Shown one piece after another: positions 51,701 to 61,130 of a stretch of DNA of 64,000 bases (its first letter is position 1; the number at the start of each line of letters is the position of its first letter). This stretch comes from Callorhinchus milii (Eukaryota). The position numbers were made by a program, and so were the translations under genes. The notes beneath the pieces were generated by a model, which saw nothing but the letters and a program-made list of their open reading frames with translations, did not search any database and had not been told where the DNA came from. The stretch spans positions 62,312,001 to 62,376,000 of the forward strand of contig NW_024704743.1 in NCBI RefSeq assembly GCF_018977255.1, written 5' to 3'.

Positions 51701-54700
51701 AAATTTGTGCAGCCAAGGTGCAATATCTGAGAAGAAAGTAGAAACATCCATAACCCAGCTGCCAAAAAAATTACTGAGGTGGCTGTCAATAGACGAGTGT
51801 CAATACCTGTAATTGAAATGCAGTGAACTAGATTAATTAAACCTGACACGAAAGCCCTTGAAATCGAGACTTGTCATTAAATGTGGTAGATCTATGCCCT
51901 GGGTTTAGAGCAATCTGTCATTGAAGTGTTTGTCCTGACAAAATTATGTCAACATTGTCACCCCGGAGCCAGCCTTGTGAAGCCCCTAGGGACTGAATCA
52001 AAGGTCCCCAAGAAAGATAAAAGAAAATCTCCAGCTGCACTGGAGTTTCTCTGAAATTCAGTTGGCAAGATTGAAGTATTCTTCAAAAAAAATTCAAAGC
52101 TCTTATCAGTTTCACTAATTCAAAATCAACCTGCAGAACTCTGTACTTTTGGGGGGCTTTTTGACAGACTTGTCAGAAAGTCAGTGGCTGGTTACGTATC
52201 ACTTTTTGTTTAAACATCCAGGAAGATCTGTTTGGAAAGAGGCACTGCAAGCTTTGCACATCATATAAATGTTGTCTTTCCAAATAATTCTGATAAATAA
52301 ATATTCTGTTGAAGAGTTGAAACTTAATGAGAGGAGTTCAAAATGATGCCGTTCCTGCAACATGTTGCTTTAAAGACACAACTCTCCACTACACGTCAAC
52401 CACTGGAGCCAAATCACCTCTCGCGTCCCAACCCCCTCTCCATTCCTCCAAGACAGATCTTTGCAATTAAGCTGAGGCCTCCATCATGTTTGCCTGCTGG
52501 ATTCAGTTTCACTGTTCGTTCTTGTTCTTGCTTGAAGAAGACCTCCATCTCATTCCAATGACCCGTCACATTTTATTTTAGGAGCTGACAGACGATATTT
52601 TAGTGCTTGTTTCTTACATAGCTCTCCAGGAGTCTTTTGAGATTTTACTTAAACTGTCAATTTTCCCTACATTCCCTCAGAAGACAAACTCACTCATTTG
52701 ATTCTTTCTGGAGTCCAGGAAAGACGAGAGATAATTTCATTAGTATTAATGGGAATCACAGTCTTTATTCCATGTGCTTGGATTAAGACTTGGTGCCAGC
52801 AGCTGGTATAAAATGAACAGGAGGAACTGCACAACAGAAAGTCAGAGTTCAGAATGAGATTATTTTTGCCACGTTTCACTTTCTGAAAATCTCAGAAGCG
52901 CAGAGTTGGTAATTCAACAAAGGAAAAAAAACAAGAGAAAAGAACCTGAACTCTGCTTCAATCAATCTTTCGACCCCAGGGATCCTATTGGCAACACCAA
53001 ACTGACTAGTGAAGAAAACAGACGCCAGGCCTGACTCTGCACTCTCAGCACACATCTCTGACAGAGACTGTAAAAAGTCACCGAGCGAACATGATAGACA
53101 AGTCAGGTCATTCTCTACTCTGTGGGGCACAAATGCATCAAAGTCATAACCAGAGAATACAAGAATTTAAAATTCTCCAGATGAATCTAAGAATGTCAAG
53201 ACATCAAATGGTAAAGAAGGGCACAGTGGATACATATATACACATACACAAAAGAAACATGCCATTCATTGCGTCACAGTTGCTATTTATCTTTAATGTG
53301 AGAGAAGAGCAATCAGTGGATCCTTTCTTCCTTGTTCATCTTAGCCCAAATAAATGCTGTTCTATAACACATGACACAAAGTGACAGCAATAAACATCCA
53401 GTCAATTTTCTTCAGGGCACTGTGCAAACAACCCAAGGAGGAATTCCTTTTGCAGTTAGGTAAATGTTCAGGTTTTGTAAAATTTGAACAGGTTTCATTT
53501 TCATCAATATATGGTGTATTTTACTGCACTTTGCAGTCAATATTAAATTGCTCCCCTACATTAAGCCATGAACCCATAGAGACTTTTTTGCAAAACATAT
53601 TCCTGAGTCAATATCAGACAAAGGCCAGTACGATTCCATATTCCACAGAGAATAAGCTGAAGGATATCACTTTTAGACTGTTTGCAAAGTGTTGTGAAGC
53701 AATCCTAAAAGATATTTTTCGCTATCATCACCTATCTATCATTTATGCTACACATAACACCACTTACTTGGACCATTGGGGAGAGACCTGGAAGGGAAGA
53801 CAGGAGGAAAGTATTTGAGACATTTTTGTACAAATCTTAGCAACATCACTGTGCCACCAACTATCTTTGGAAACATGAAGATGTCTTAATTTGCTTTCTA
53901 TTTAAATGCTGGCATTATCAGATAAAGCATCCAACAAAACTTTTATGACTTGGAAATTAGGATAACGCTTTGATTTATTGTCTCAGTTACCTCAATAGAG
54001 ATAGAAGGTAATTATGTGCTTTATTTAATGAACCTGAGTTAGAAAGGTACGTGTATCAAGATATTAAAATTCAATGGTAGGCCTACATTCTCAAATCAAT
54101 GAATACTTACTTGGAATTATATAGTGATACAACAACAACAACAAAATTACATTTATAGAGTGCCTTTTACGTCGGGAGGATGTCCCAAAGCGTTGAACAG
54201 TCAGGGGTTGGGACCCGATCATGGGGGAGGAATGGGGTAGGGGTGAGGGAAGGCAGAGAGGTGGGAGGGAGACCAAAGGCACGATAGAAGAGGAGGGTCT
54301 TAAGACCGGCCTTGAAGGAGGCAAGGGAGGAAGCAAGGTGAAGGGACCGCGGGATGGAGTTCCAGAGTGTGGGGCAGAGAGGCTGAAAATCCGGCCACCA
54401 ATGGTAGGGCGGGTCGAGCAGAAGACATGGAGCAGCCCAGAGCCTGCTGAACAGATACATGCAAACAGGACATTCAGACCAACTAGTCAGCGTTGATACT
54501 TATATTATACTTGAGCTCCCACCACTCTGTTCCCTTCTCCCTCATGTGTTCATCAAGTTCCCTTTTAGATAGGTTGATACTTTTTGCTTCACGATAGCTT
54601 CTCATAGTCAGCTTGTTTGATGAATGTTTATTTTCTTTTCCTTCTTTCTCCTTCTTCTTGGCACACCATTCATTGATAATCGCATGTGCTTCAGCTAATG

Positions 54701-55743
54701 ATTGTCACATCTAAGCATGAAGCAAGCAGAGTTTTGAAATCCAAGTAAAAGCATAGGGAAAGCAACTGGGATGGGGTGGGGGGAATAGGCGGTTAGAAAA
54801 TATGACTTACAAAATGCTGGTGGAAATAAAAGGGAACAAAGTAAAAATACCTTGAAAAGATTTTACTATATACCTCCTTAATTACAAAGTACAAAAAATA
54901 GGTTGCGCAGACACCTTTCAGCTCTCTCTCCTCCACCACCGCCACCCACCCCCGCCCACCTTTATCAAAAGGAACCCCAGTATCTAATCAGGGGAAGACA
55001 TTTATAAAATTGTGATTGGTGCCATTAATGGGAAGGTGCAAAGAGGTATCCAGGTTTGAGGTGGGGAGAAGAGTCTTCTCTAGGTGGCACCTGCCAATTT
55101 CTTCAGGGGTCAATGCTATGATCCGGGAGCACAGTATGAACAGGTCCTTTCAGCAGCAGAGGTGTCGAGCCAGGGGGATGAAGCCCAGGATAAAACGCCG
55201 GAAGCGATACAAAGAGGAGCAGAAACTCACCCCAGAATGCTCCCGTAAACAGTGAAATGAAATATTTTTCAGCAAGTGTATTGAAGTGCAAGATAACAAT
55301 CACAGGCAGACGGGTGTGTGAAAGTACCAATGAACACTCCTCGCATTCTGGTTCTCACGTTACTCTGGAAAACAGTCGTGAGGCTCCAACTGATTCCAAC
55401 TAATTCCCTTTCATTGTGAGGTTGTGATCTTATAATCGACACTGGTGATAATTGTCATAGCTCAGAATTGCTGCACGGGTCAGCTTATAATTTATCAACT
55501 GGCCACCAAGGTGTCTCATCCTCCCCTCACTCCTGAATTTGACACAATGGATTGCTCCAAAGCCGTGGCTCTCCATATTGACATTGACAAGCTGTGGAGC
55601 TCAGACCTGAGTGTCAGTTTCCAGGGTAACGGCTTAACACAGCTTCTATGGAGCCTGCTTTGGGTAGAATAATTGTGATGATCTTGGAGGGAAGGAGAGG
55701 TGGGAGTCATTACAAACAGACCAATTGATAACTGGTCACAACC

Positions 55744-55798
<55 letters not shown>

Positions 55799-58700
55799 GC
55801 CTTGCATTTGATTATAGTGCCTTTCATGTTGACAGAATGTCTCAAAGTGCTTCACAGGATTTTTTGTGAAGTGTAGTGACTGCATTTTGTAGGAGTACTA
55901 TTTTCAATTTAGGGACAATTAACACATCACAGCTCACAATTTCCACCCCTTCAGGGATTCACATTAAGTTGCACCACCAGTTCACATCTGTTATCACCTT
56001 CATCTTCCACCTAACAACTTTTTAAAAGCACTTTTTCTCTCCACTTTAGGGAGAAAAAACAATATAAATTGCTCAGTATCCTCCTGCATACCCGACTCTG
56101 CCAAATACAATCCCTCAGCAGATCTCCACTGAAAGCCGAGAGACCCACGAGTAAACAAAAATGCACTCAATCATTGACACTGAACAAGCTCCCAGCCTCT
56201 TTCCTGCACTCTGACATTTCACAGTCAACCAAATCATACCACATGTGCCATCTATCTAAATCAATAGTGAGCCACGGACATAGCTTAAATAATGGGAGGC
56301 AAAGGGGGAAATCGCTTGGAGGAGAAAAACAAATTGAGTTCTGCGATAGTCAGCTATAGACGGTGGCTTGATGGTGACCGAAGCACTCTGCCACTCTTTC
56401 ACTGTCACTCACATCTCTCACTCCGATTCCATTACATCTCTCTGTAGGGAGGCAGCTGGTATTCAGTAAATAAAAATCAACCCTGCATCAGACTGAAGGG
56501 AAGCATAACTGTCAAGACTTCCTATTTCCTTAGGCTGTACTGCAATTATTACAACCACAGTCACTTCACTTTGCAGTCAATCCTGTGATGTACTTTGAGA
56601 TGTTTCAATAAGGCACTATATCAAATCCAAGAATCATTACTATATTCTTCCTTAATCGCCAGAAAAGTGTGTGGTTAATAACCTCTTTGAGACAGGAACA
56701 CCCCACTGACTTCGGGAGAATGTTTTTTCCTTCAGGCTTCTCACTAGGAGTTTGGCGCCATGTTTTTCCACCACATCGGGGAGTTTGGGATAAGCTCAGT
56801 TCCCAGCAGGTGTTTTAGATTTCAGAATCCCAACTGTTAGAACGCCTTGTTACACACTAAATCTTTACTTTCAAAATTAGTTTTAGGCTAATATCTGGCA
56901 AAACAGCACAAAATCATCACTCTTCGGGGCCAAACTACAGACCTACCAATCCTGTGCAGATCAAAGTCTTTAAATTGAGCCCCAGAGAGTGTGGATTTCA
57001 TGTTTTAATGGTCTCCATTCAGTCCCTCCACACAACAGCGCAGTTCAGACTGGCTAACTAGCCCTCACAGACACCAACAAGCCTTTGGCCCAATGAGATC
57101 TCTCATTGAAGCCGAAGTCTCCAACTCTGCGAGACATACATACAGAAAACGCTGTTTATGTTCGAGGTGCTGTTGTAGGCATTCTTACAGCGGTGACAGC
57201 CCATGAAGCACTCCCTCCCTTTCTGCTTTTGAAACTTACTTCTTTAACTCAATTCACAACTGCTTGTGGAACCCCTCTGTGTGCAATTGGCTGCCGCATT
57301 TCACCCACAAAATACACAGCTAATTAATTTTGCAGTATATCCTATGAAGCATTTTGAGACATTTTGAAGATGTGATAAGACGCTATATCAAATGCAAGGA
57401 TTATTATCAGCAATATTATGTAACTGTGCCTCTGCCACTTCCCCCCTAATTTCGCATAGCCTCCCAGCTCATCTCTTTAAAGTCACTTGAGACATTCTCT
57501 TATGTATGGCACTTAGATGCCAATGTCCAATTCTGGACAAAGTGCTCCAATTTCCATCTTCAGCCTTCTTGACCTCTGAGTCAGCTCTCACTTTGGACTC
57601 GGATTTAATCTGCAGACGCACTGAGCAATTAATGTCAGCCATTTAGGGCTTTAGCACTTCATCAGTGAGTACCCAGGAGACTTGGTTGCCAGGAGAATCT
57701 GCTCTGAACCATCTTCATATTGGCTGTTTATTTACATCGCGACAGAACTAGAGAGCAGAGGTTTAAAAGTCAAAAATCTTCAAACAGAACTAGAGATTAG
57801 AAGAATTTGATTCCCTGTCTGTCAATTATCTCCTTAGGAAAATGAATGAATAAATATCTACTTAAGAACAATATTTGAGGAAATAGCTTTCCAATTAGGG
57901 GGATGATTGGGCCACGACTGGGTAAGACTTATGTAGTCTATGGGAGCCAAATCCCCTTTTCCCATTCATGCTTTCTTATGATGTTAACCCTGACCCCAAG
58001 TCACAATAATTAATACTTATAGAGCGAGCACCTTTTACATCAGGAGAACATCTCATAATGTTTTATGTTGACTGAGTGTGAGCTTGAGCTGGGAGGGGGG
58101 TGGATGAACACGCAATCATAAGGATAGATTTTTAGACTCTTTTGAACGGAGGAAGGGAGGGGGGGGTGAAGAAGAGAAACGCCCAAAATGGCTCAAAGCT
58201 CACCTTCAAATGATAGGGCGAAGCAAGTGAGGGCATGGAGCAAGGCAAGGTTAGCAGATGGGAGGGAGTGACAGGGGATTTGTGTTGCAGAAGGTCACAG
58301 AGATATGCTAGGCCATAGCTCTGGAGCATTTGAAAGTAAGGATGAGCATTTTAAGTTGATCCCTTGGGGGATAAGGAGTCAGTGGAACTAGATGAGAATG
58401 GGGTGTTGGCTCGTGGAGCCGAATGCATGAGTAAACAGGGACTATGGAGTTTTGGATGCTCTGGATCTTGTGGATTGTGCATCTGAGAAGTTCAGTGACA
58501 GGGCATTGGAAAAATCAAGTCTGGAATGACAAAAACAAGGATGAGGGTTTTGGCTGCATCGCGGTCAGGTAGTGTTGAGAGGCGAGGCAGATTTAGTCAG
58601 AGCTTGGATGAAGACATTAAACAAGAATTGAGAATTGAAGAAAAAGCCAAGGTTTGACACAAGTTCTGTGAGCTGGGAGTGACCAATCGACATAATGAGT

Positions 58701-60072
58701 ATGTAAAGTGAGGAGGCGCTGGCGGGAGCTAAGCAGGATAGCCTCAGTATTGATCATGCAGAGTTGGAGAAAGTTAAGGCTCATTCAGGACTTGGCATCT
58801 GACAGGCAGTCTATCAAAAAGCAATATAATAATAATAATAATAATAATAATCCTTGCATTTGATTTAGCGCTTTTCACGTCAGGAGGACGTCCCAAAGCG
58901 CTTCACAGAACACACTGTAAAGTGAATTGACTGTATATTTGTGGGCGAACGCGGCAGCCAATTGCACACAGCAATGTCCCACAAACAGTCGTAGATTGAA
59001 AATGACCAATTTATTATTGTTTTTTGGAGGGATTATTATTAGGCTAGCGCCGAGGGTAGAAGAAGAAAGGTAAGAGTTGGATGTTGTGTACGTACATCCC
59101 TGCAGATGATGTTATCAAGGAGAGACATAGATGATAGCCCAGATTACACAGCATCAAAAAACAGCACACAAACTCTACACATGGGTACTGGCTTTGGGGA
59201 AAGCTCCATGCAAGTCAAGAATGCTGGGCTGTACTGAGCACTCAGTCTCATCAGTACCAGAAAACAACACTGGCCTCTAACATCAGAAGCAGGGCTGGGA
59301 AATTGGCAAAAACACTTCTTCAAGTGGATCTTGAAACATTTGCGGGTAGCAACCCTGCAGAAGTGCAACACGGTATAGTAAGTGCGGCAACATCAGCTCT
59401 CTCAAAGAGGCCACAAAATGGCTGGTGAAGGCAGTGTAAATCATCACTCCAGTGCATTAGGGATTGTTCTTCTGAGGTTGCAGCTGAGACACGTAATAGT
59501 TGGGATGGAGTGAAGAGAATTTTATTCTGCAGCTGGCTGTTCTATATTTGGCCTGGGAGTGCTTGATATTTGGCCTGCGAATGGTTGATGCTCACACTCC
59601 CAGGGATTGTTTGATGCTGACACCGGATCCCGAAATGGGAGAACACCAGCGTCCCTCAATGAGCACAGAAATTTTCAAATAGACATTTTTTGTGTTTTTT
59701 TTAGTGCAATAGGAAGTTTTCCATCTGCTGATACTCAGCAGTACATCACATTCGCACTTCATTAACTATACTTAATAGCAAATCATATGGTGTATGACAG
59801 TTATGTATGGGAATGATTTGTAGCACAAACATCAGTTCTGTAAAATTGCACCACTTAACCTCTCACTCATGTCTAGTGTCGCGAGTGTACAGAGAACAGT
59901 GTATGTCGCCTTCCTCACCTCTGTGAGTTACGACTGGATGCTCCACCTGCTGACACTGCAGGTCCTCTGGTGACACAGACAATCCTCTGCACCCAGTTCT
60001 TCCGACCAACACAAGGAGCCCCTGAACTCCCGCCAGAAATCCTTGAAACCAGCTGCTCTTTGCAGGAGCCAT
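562..60072 (-). CDS. SEMA5A: Semaphorin-5A, spliced CDS, 18 coding exons, 3'-partial (TM and cytoplasmic exons outside the window)
   Basis: Joined exons give 958 codons + 1 nt with no stop. Peptides such as QCQQVEHPVV, TFDPGQKELIVGAR, EECQNYIRVLLV, AMDFPGRDPAIYRSLG, NLTERNLQDAQKFILMHEVVQP and PELKKTTPWTPWTPVNISDNGGHYEQRFRYTCKARL match my recollection of vertebrate SEMA5A better than SEMA5B. All introns are GT-AG and phases are consistent. Confidence 0.96.
1304..1493. mobile_element. MITE-like element with about 40-bp imperfect inverted arms
   Basis: TGAAATTTGT...ATGCATTCCTTGTGACAATTA versus the reverse complement of TAATTATCACAAGGAATGTAT...ACAAATTTCA; its core is also duplicated at about 1118-1180. 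Confidence 0.55.
2559..2752. mobile_element. Palindromic (foldback) MITE
   Basis: Terminal arms AGTCTTAGCCTGTAAGATTATTTTG / rc AGTCTTAGCCTGTAAGACCATTTTG (23/25), with pairing continuing inward; related pieces near 11010, 21670 and 50410. Confidence 0.72.
3152..3322 (-). CDS. SEMA5A: SEMA5A coding exon 17 (TSP1 repeat)
   Basis: 171 nt, VDGIWSCWSSWSKCSVTCGGGHYMRTRSCSNPAPAYGGDICLGLHTEEALCNTQACP; gttttcag / AG|GTATGG. Confidence 0.96.
5875..6093 (-). CDS. SEMA5A: SEMA5A coding exon 16 (TSP1 repeat)
   Basis: 219 nt, GLSGNILRSGRFNSRTVDGAWSAWLPWTQCSRDCSKGIRSRKR...CNTLPCP; ttccaacag / AG|GTAAGG. Confidence 0.95.
7621..7846 (-). CDS. SEMA5A: SEMA5A coding exon 15
   Basis: 226 nt, EYQLCNTNSCPELKKTTPWTPWTPVNISDNGGHYEQRFRYTCKARL...RYCSSDGSTGCSTG; ctctctatatatag / G|GTCAGT. 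Confidence 0.95.
11897..12533 (+). mobile_element. Possible decayed LTR
   Basis: Purine run GAGGGGAG just upstream, TG...CA ends, TATAAA and AATAAA inside, internal tandem duplication; no matching TSD. Confidence 0.3.
13492..13738 (+). mobile_element. 5'-truncated SINE2-1_CM-like copy
   Basis: AAACCTTGGGCAAGTTTCCTTAC...CAAATGCAAGGA(TTA)n, collinear with the 62549 copy. Confidence 0.85.
15960..16285 (+). mobile_element. CR1 LINE 3' end
   Basis: RGHNLK...KHFCTQRVVEIWNSLPQKAVDAGTIHTFKSEVDRFL followed by a 3'UTR ending TTCCTATGTTCC. Confidence 0.88.
17803..17950 (-). CDS. SEMA5A: SEMA5A coding exon 14 (TSP1 repeat)
   Basis: 148 nt, YCNEHLQCPAHTFWSPWGSWERCTSQCGGGVQARRRTCRNGKDCPGCNT; attccag / ACG|GTATGT. 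Confidence 0.95.
25368..25742 (-). mobile_element. Full-length tRNA-derived SINE, variant with a longer central segment
   Basis: Same head (GAGTCCTGTAGCTCAGTGG...GGTTCGATTCC) and same tail as the 62549 copy, on the opposite strand. Confidence 0.85.
26845..26988 (-). CDS. SEMA5A: SEMA5A coding exon 13 (TSP1 repeat)
   Basis: 144 nt, NGGWTPWTLWSPCSTSCGIGFQVRQRSCSNPTPRHGGRVCVGQNREER; ttcaatag / AG|GTATGT. Confidence 0.95.
27300..27765 (+). mobile_element. Degenerate CR1 3' fragment
   Basis: TTCACACAGCGAGTGGTAGGAATTTGGAATTCTCTGCCACAA (FTQRVVGIWNSLPQ) and GATGGGCGAAATGGC tail. Confidence 0.75.
27781..27962 (-). CDS. SEMA5A: SEMA5A coding exon 12 (TSP1 repeat)
   Basis: 182 nt, TRNMTMDGHFGPWSMWKSCSHTDG...MEVANCSR; cttccag / AG|GTAATT. 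Confidence 0.95.
29220..29337 (-). CDS. SEMA5A: SEMA5A coding exon 11 (PSI domain)
   Basis: 118 nt, SSCVGARDPYCGWDLVLKKCTTLEESMSMTQWEQNISVCP; gtctgcag / CCT|GTGAGT. Confidence 0.95.
30970..31070 (+). repeat. Imperfect (CA)n/(CT)n tract
   Basis: Direct reading. Confidence 0.8.
31534..31741 (-). CDS. SEMA5A: SEMA5A coding exon 10 (end of Sema, start of PSI)
   Basis: 208 nt, DYGTIKKVLAPVNESVSSCLLEEIELFP...LKIPLKRCTFYKSR; cccccag / AG|GTAAGA. Confidence 0.95.
32275..32735 (+). repeat. Unclassified interspersed repeat, family A (5 copies in the window)
   Basis: Shared blocks such as AATTCCAGAGAGTATTAG, GTACTGCTGGA and TGTCCAGCTAGGAC...AGGGCTTTGGCTTGC also occur at 1-250(-), 12915-13400(-), 43550-43826(+) and 61780-62000(+). 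Confidence 0.8.
33039..33420 (+). mobile_element. Degenerate Deu-domain SINE
   Basis: Same head and body as 38968, plus GTGTGCAAATTGGCTGC and an L2-like tail. Confidence 0.68.
34692..34867. mobile_element. Second copy of the 49063 MITE
   Basis: Reverse complement aligns with 49063-49235 (CTCCAAGGGAAAAGG.CTCA.TGATGAGTTATC); TA on both flanks. Confidence 0.72.
37038..37242 (-). CDS. SEMA5A: SEMA5A coding exon 9
   Basis: 205 nt, CGTIDYGPYVNLTERNLQDAQKFILMHEVVQP...HIIYLAT; tatcttag / AG|GTACTG. Confidence 0.95.
37374..37509 (-). CDS. SEMA5A: SEMA5A coding exon 8
   Basis: 136 nt, NSIAASAVCMFNLSAITQVFGGPFKVQENSRSAWLPFPNPNSNFQ; cctacag / CAG|GTCAGA; not in the ORF track. Confidence 0.95.
37931..38216 (-). 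CDS. SEMA5A: SEMA5A coding exon 7
   Basis: 286 nt, EPNFVSSYNIGNFTYFFFRENAVEHDCGK...YGIFTTNV; ttttgtag / GT|GTACGT. Confidence 0.95.
38641..38854 (-). CDS. SEMA5A: SEMA5A coding exon 6
   Basis: 214 nt, LSNLTEVHDRISGMARCPYNPQHNST...TAQYNSKWLN; cttacag / G|GTGAGC. Confidence 0.96.
38968..39210 (+). mobile_element. Deu-domain SINE (SacSINE1-like); further copies near 20728, 33039, 45140, 8980(-) and 28530(-)
   Basis: Head GTCAGCCTGGCTCGGTTGGTAGCACTCTC...GTTCAAGCCCCA, then GCTGACACTCCA...GGAGGTGCC...CAGGTGGAC as in shark DeuSINEs (recalled); repeated in the window. Confidence 0.7.
40269..40870 (-). mobile_element. tRNA-derived SINE interrupted by an L2 3' fragment (about 40391-40675)
   Basis: SINE tail at 40269-40390 and SINE body/head at 40676-40870 flank a (CAA)n plus L2 3' end. 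Confidence 0.82.
40489..40625 (+). repeat. G-rich minisatellite, 3 x about 45 bp, inside the L2 fragment
   Basis: GGGGGGAAATGGTCAGGGTGAGGG...AGGGAAGGGAG.GAGC repeated three times. Confidence 0.9.
41194..41939. mobile_element. Non-autonomous pogo/Tigger-like DNA transposon
   Basis: TA on both flanks; imperfect 24-bp TIRs CAGTGGAATCTGCTTTTGCCGGAC / rc CATTGGAAGCCGGTTAAGGCGGAC (17/24); CpG-richer than the flanks; no ORF. Confidence 0.7.
42142..42240 (-). CDS. SEMA5A: SEMA5A coding exon 5
   Basis: 99 nt, EECQNYIRVLLVIGNMIFTCGTNAFTPVCTNRT; tttgcag / ACG|GTAGTT. Confidence 0.96.
43849..43882 (+). repeat. (AATAT)n microsatellite
   Basis: Direct reading. Confidence 0.9.
44479..44541 (-). CDS. SEMA5A: SEMA5A coding exon 4
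   Basis: 63 nt, GVEWHSDKATKRGCFSKGKTE; tttggcag / GAG|GTAGGT. Confidence 0.93.
47925..48800 (+). mobile_element. CR1 LINE 3' fragment (decayed ORF2 C-terminus)
   Basis: Translates to WQM-FN-GKCEVIHF and LYKILVRPHLEYCVQFWSPF, typical CR1 ORF2 motifs; frameshifted; ends in a CR1-like TTCTATG tail. Confidence 0.88.
49063..49235. mobile_element. Tigger/pogo-type MITE (173 bp)
   Basis: Perfect 15-bp TIR CAGTAAACTCCTGAT / ATCAGGAGTTTACTG, TA on the right flank; second inverted copy at about 34692-34867. Confidence 0.8.
50168..50213 (-). CDS. SEMA5A: SEMA5A coding exon 3
   Basis: 46 nt, RNHLFRLRLEDLSLIQ; cttgcag acceptor, CAG|GTGTGT donor; phase fits both neighbours. Confidence 0.93.
51627..51726 (-). 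CDS. SEMA5A: SEMA5A coding exon 2 (Sema domain start)
   Basis: 100 nt, DIAPWLHKFKATDVFDYSQMTFDPGQKELIVGAR; ttcttctcag acceptor, AG|GTAAG donor; this frame is not in the ORF track. Confidence 0.95.
54129..54440 (-). mobile_element. L2 LINE 3' end
   Basis: PTLWNSIPRSLHLASSLASFKAGLKTLLF plus the stem-loop GGGACATCCTCCCGACGTAAAAGGC and (GTT)n tail; similar short ends near 7075, 39225, 46420 and 50505. Confidence 0.88.
55745..55793 (+). repeat. (AAT)n microsatellite, the expanded tail of a minus-strand SINE
   Basis: About 16 AAT units adjoining CCTTGCATTTGAT. Confidence 0.95.
58010..59130 (-). mobile_element. Old L2 LINE fragment
   Basis: YGLAYLCDLL-type motif and homology to the 60660 and 54130 copies; L2 tail near 58015. 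Confidence 0.7.
58822..59045 (-). mobile_element. 5'-truncated SINE nested in an old L2 fragment
   Basis: (AAT)n-CCTTGCATTTGAT...GCGGCAGCCAATTGCACACAGC, collinear with the other copies. Confidence 0.82.
59919..60072 (-). CDS. SEMA5A: SEMA5A coding exon 1 (ATG, signal peptide; exon begins at about 60137 with 65 nt of 5'UTR)
   Basis: MAPAKSSWFQGFLAGVQGLLVLVG...QCQQVEHPVVTHR; acceptor tgtttacag at 60138; donor G|GTGAGG at 59918; 154 coding nt, phase 1. Confidence 0.88.
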
Positions 60073-60106
60073 GGGATCCTCAGCAACAATTACTTCCCCG
60101 TTGGCC

Positions 60107-60127
60107 TTACACTTGTAATGTGTTCAT
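60107..60127 (-). promoter_or_regulatory. Short uORF (MNTLQV*) in the SEMA5A 5'UTR
   Basis: ATG AAC ACA TTA CAA GTG TAA inside the first coding exon, ending 34 nt before the main ATG. Confidence 0.55.
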
Positions 60128-60659
60128 CTGAGAAGATCTGTAAACAACACAAAGACAACAATGAAACATAAGCCACTCCACATTAGTCTTTTCCCAGCCC
60201 CATTTACACACTAGCATAACTCCATCAGGTTGGTAATGGGGCAGTGTGCCTTCATTGGCATCGCTAGACTCCATGCTGTCACATGAACTGGATAAGCATT
60301 AGAAGAGGAGCAATACAAAAGCGTATAGGGAAAGGAATTGGAATCAGTGGATGAATCAGCACCGGCTTAGGCTCTGTGAGCCGAACGGCAGGTTTACATC
60401 CTCTCCTCTGCCAGAACTGCCATTTTCAATGGGTTCTAATCTGCACTGATCAGAAGAAATGTGGGAAAAACTAACTGTAACTTGTATTTTGCCATCTTGT
60501 CTGCAAGATTTGCAAAAAGTCTAATTGAAAATGCAGAGTGGCTAATTGAAAAAAACAATTTCTGAAAATGTGTGTGGGGGGGGTGGGGCTGGGGTGGGGG
60601 AGTGGGGGTGTGTGTATGGGGGGGGATTGTGCAGGGGCGGCAAAAGGGTGGTAGAATAA

Positions 60660-61130
60660 GCAAACAAAATCACATCTGTATAGCTCTTTTCACATTTTGG
60701 ACCCAAACTGGGGGTCAGGATTGTGGACGATGGAGGGCGGGGGGAAAGATGGTGACCAAAGGCACGGTCAAAGAGGAGGGTCTTAAGATGGGGTCTTCAA
60801 GGAGGCAAGGGAGGGGGCAAGACTGCGCAGTGGAGTTCCAGAGGGTGGGGCCAAAGTGGCTGAAGGTAGGGGACTTGAAGCAGGTCGGAGCCCACTGAAC
60901 GTAGTGAGCGGGCAGGTTGGTAGGAGGTTAGGAGGTTACAAAGGTAGGGGGGAGCAAGACCATAGGGAGCTCTGAAAGTGAGGAACAGGATTGTGAACTG
61001 TATCCGCTGTGTGATGGGAAACCAGTGGAGTCGGGCGAGGATGGGGGTGATAGGGTCACGGAGCCTGGTACGGGAGAGGACACAGGCTGCAGAGTTCTGG
61101 ATGATCTGCAGCCTGTGCAGGGAGGAGTTG
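60660..61130 (-). mobile_element. L2 LINE 3' fragment
   Basis: Minus strand reads LHRLQIIQNSAACVLSRTRLRDPITPILARLHWFPITQRIQF...GLAPPYL, a classic L2 ORF2 C-terminus. Confidence 0.88.

Noticed and set aside
55516..55845. ORF with a poly-Leu, signal-peptide-like stretch
   Set aside because: Translation of the (TTA)n SINE tail
562..60072. SEMA5B assignment, or a pseudogene
   Set aside because: Diagnostic peptides fit SEMA5A, the frame is intact across all 18 exons, and splice sites are canonical
60572..60650. GC-rich SEMA5A promoter
   Set aside because: G-rich but CpG-poor low-complexity tract adjoining an L2 fragment; the ATG exon has an acceptor, so the promoter is further upstream
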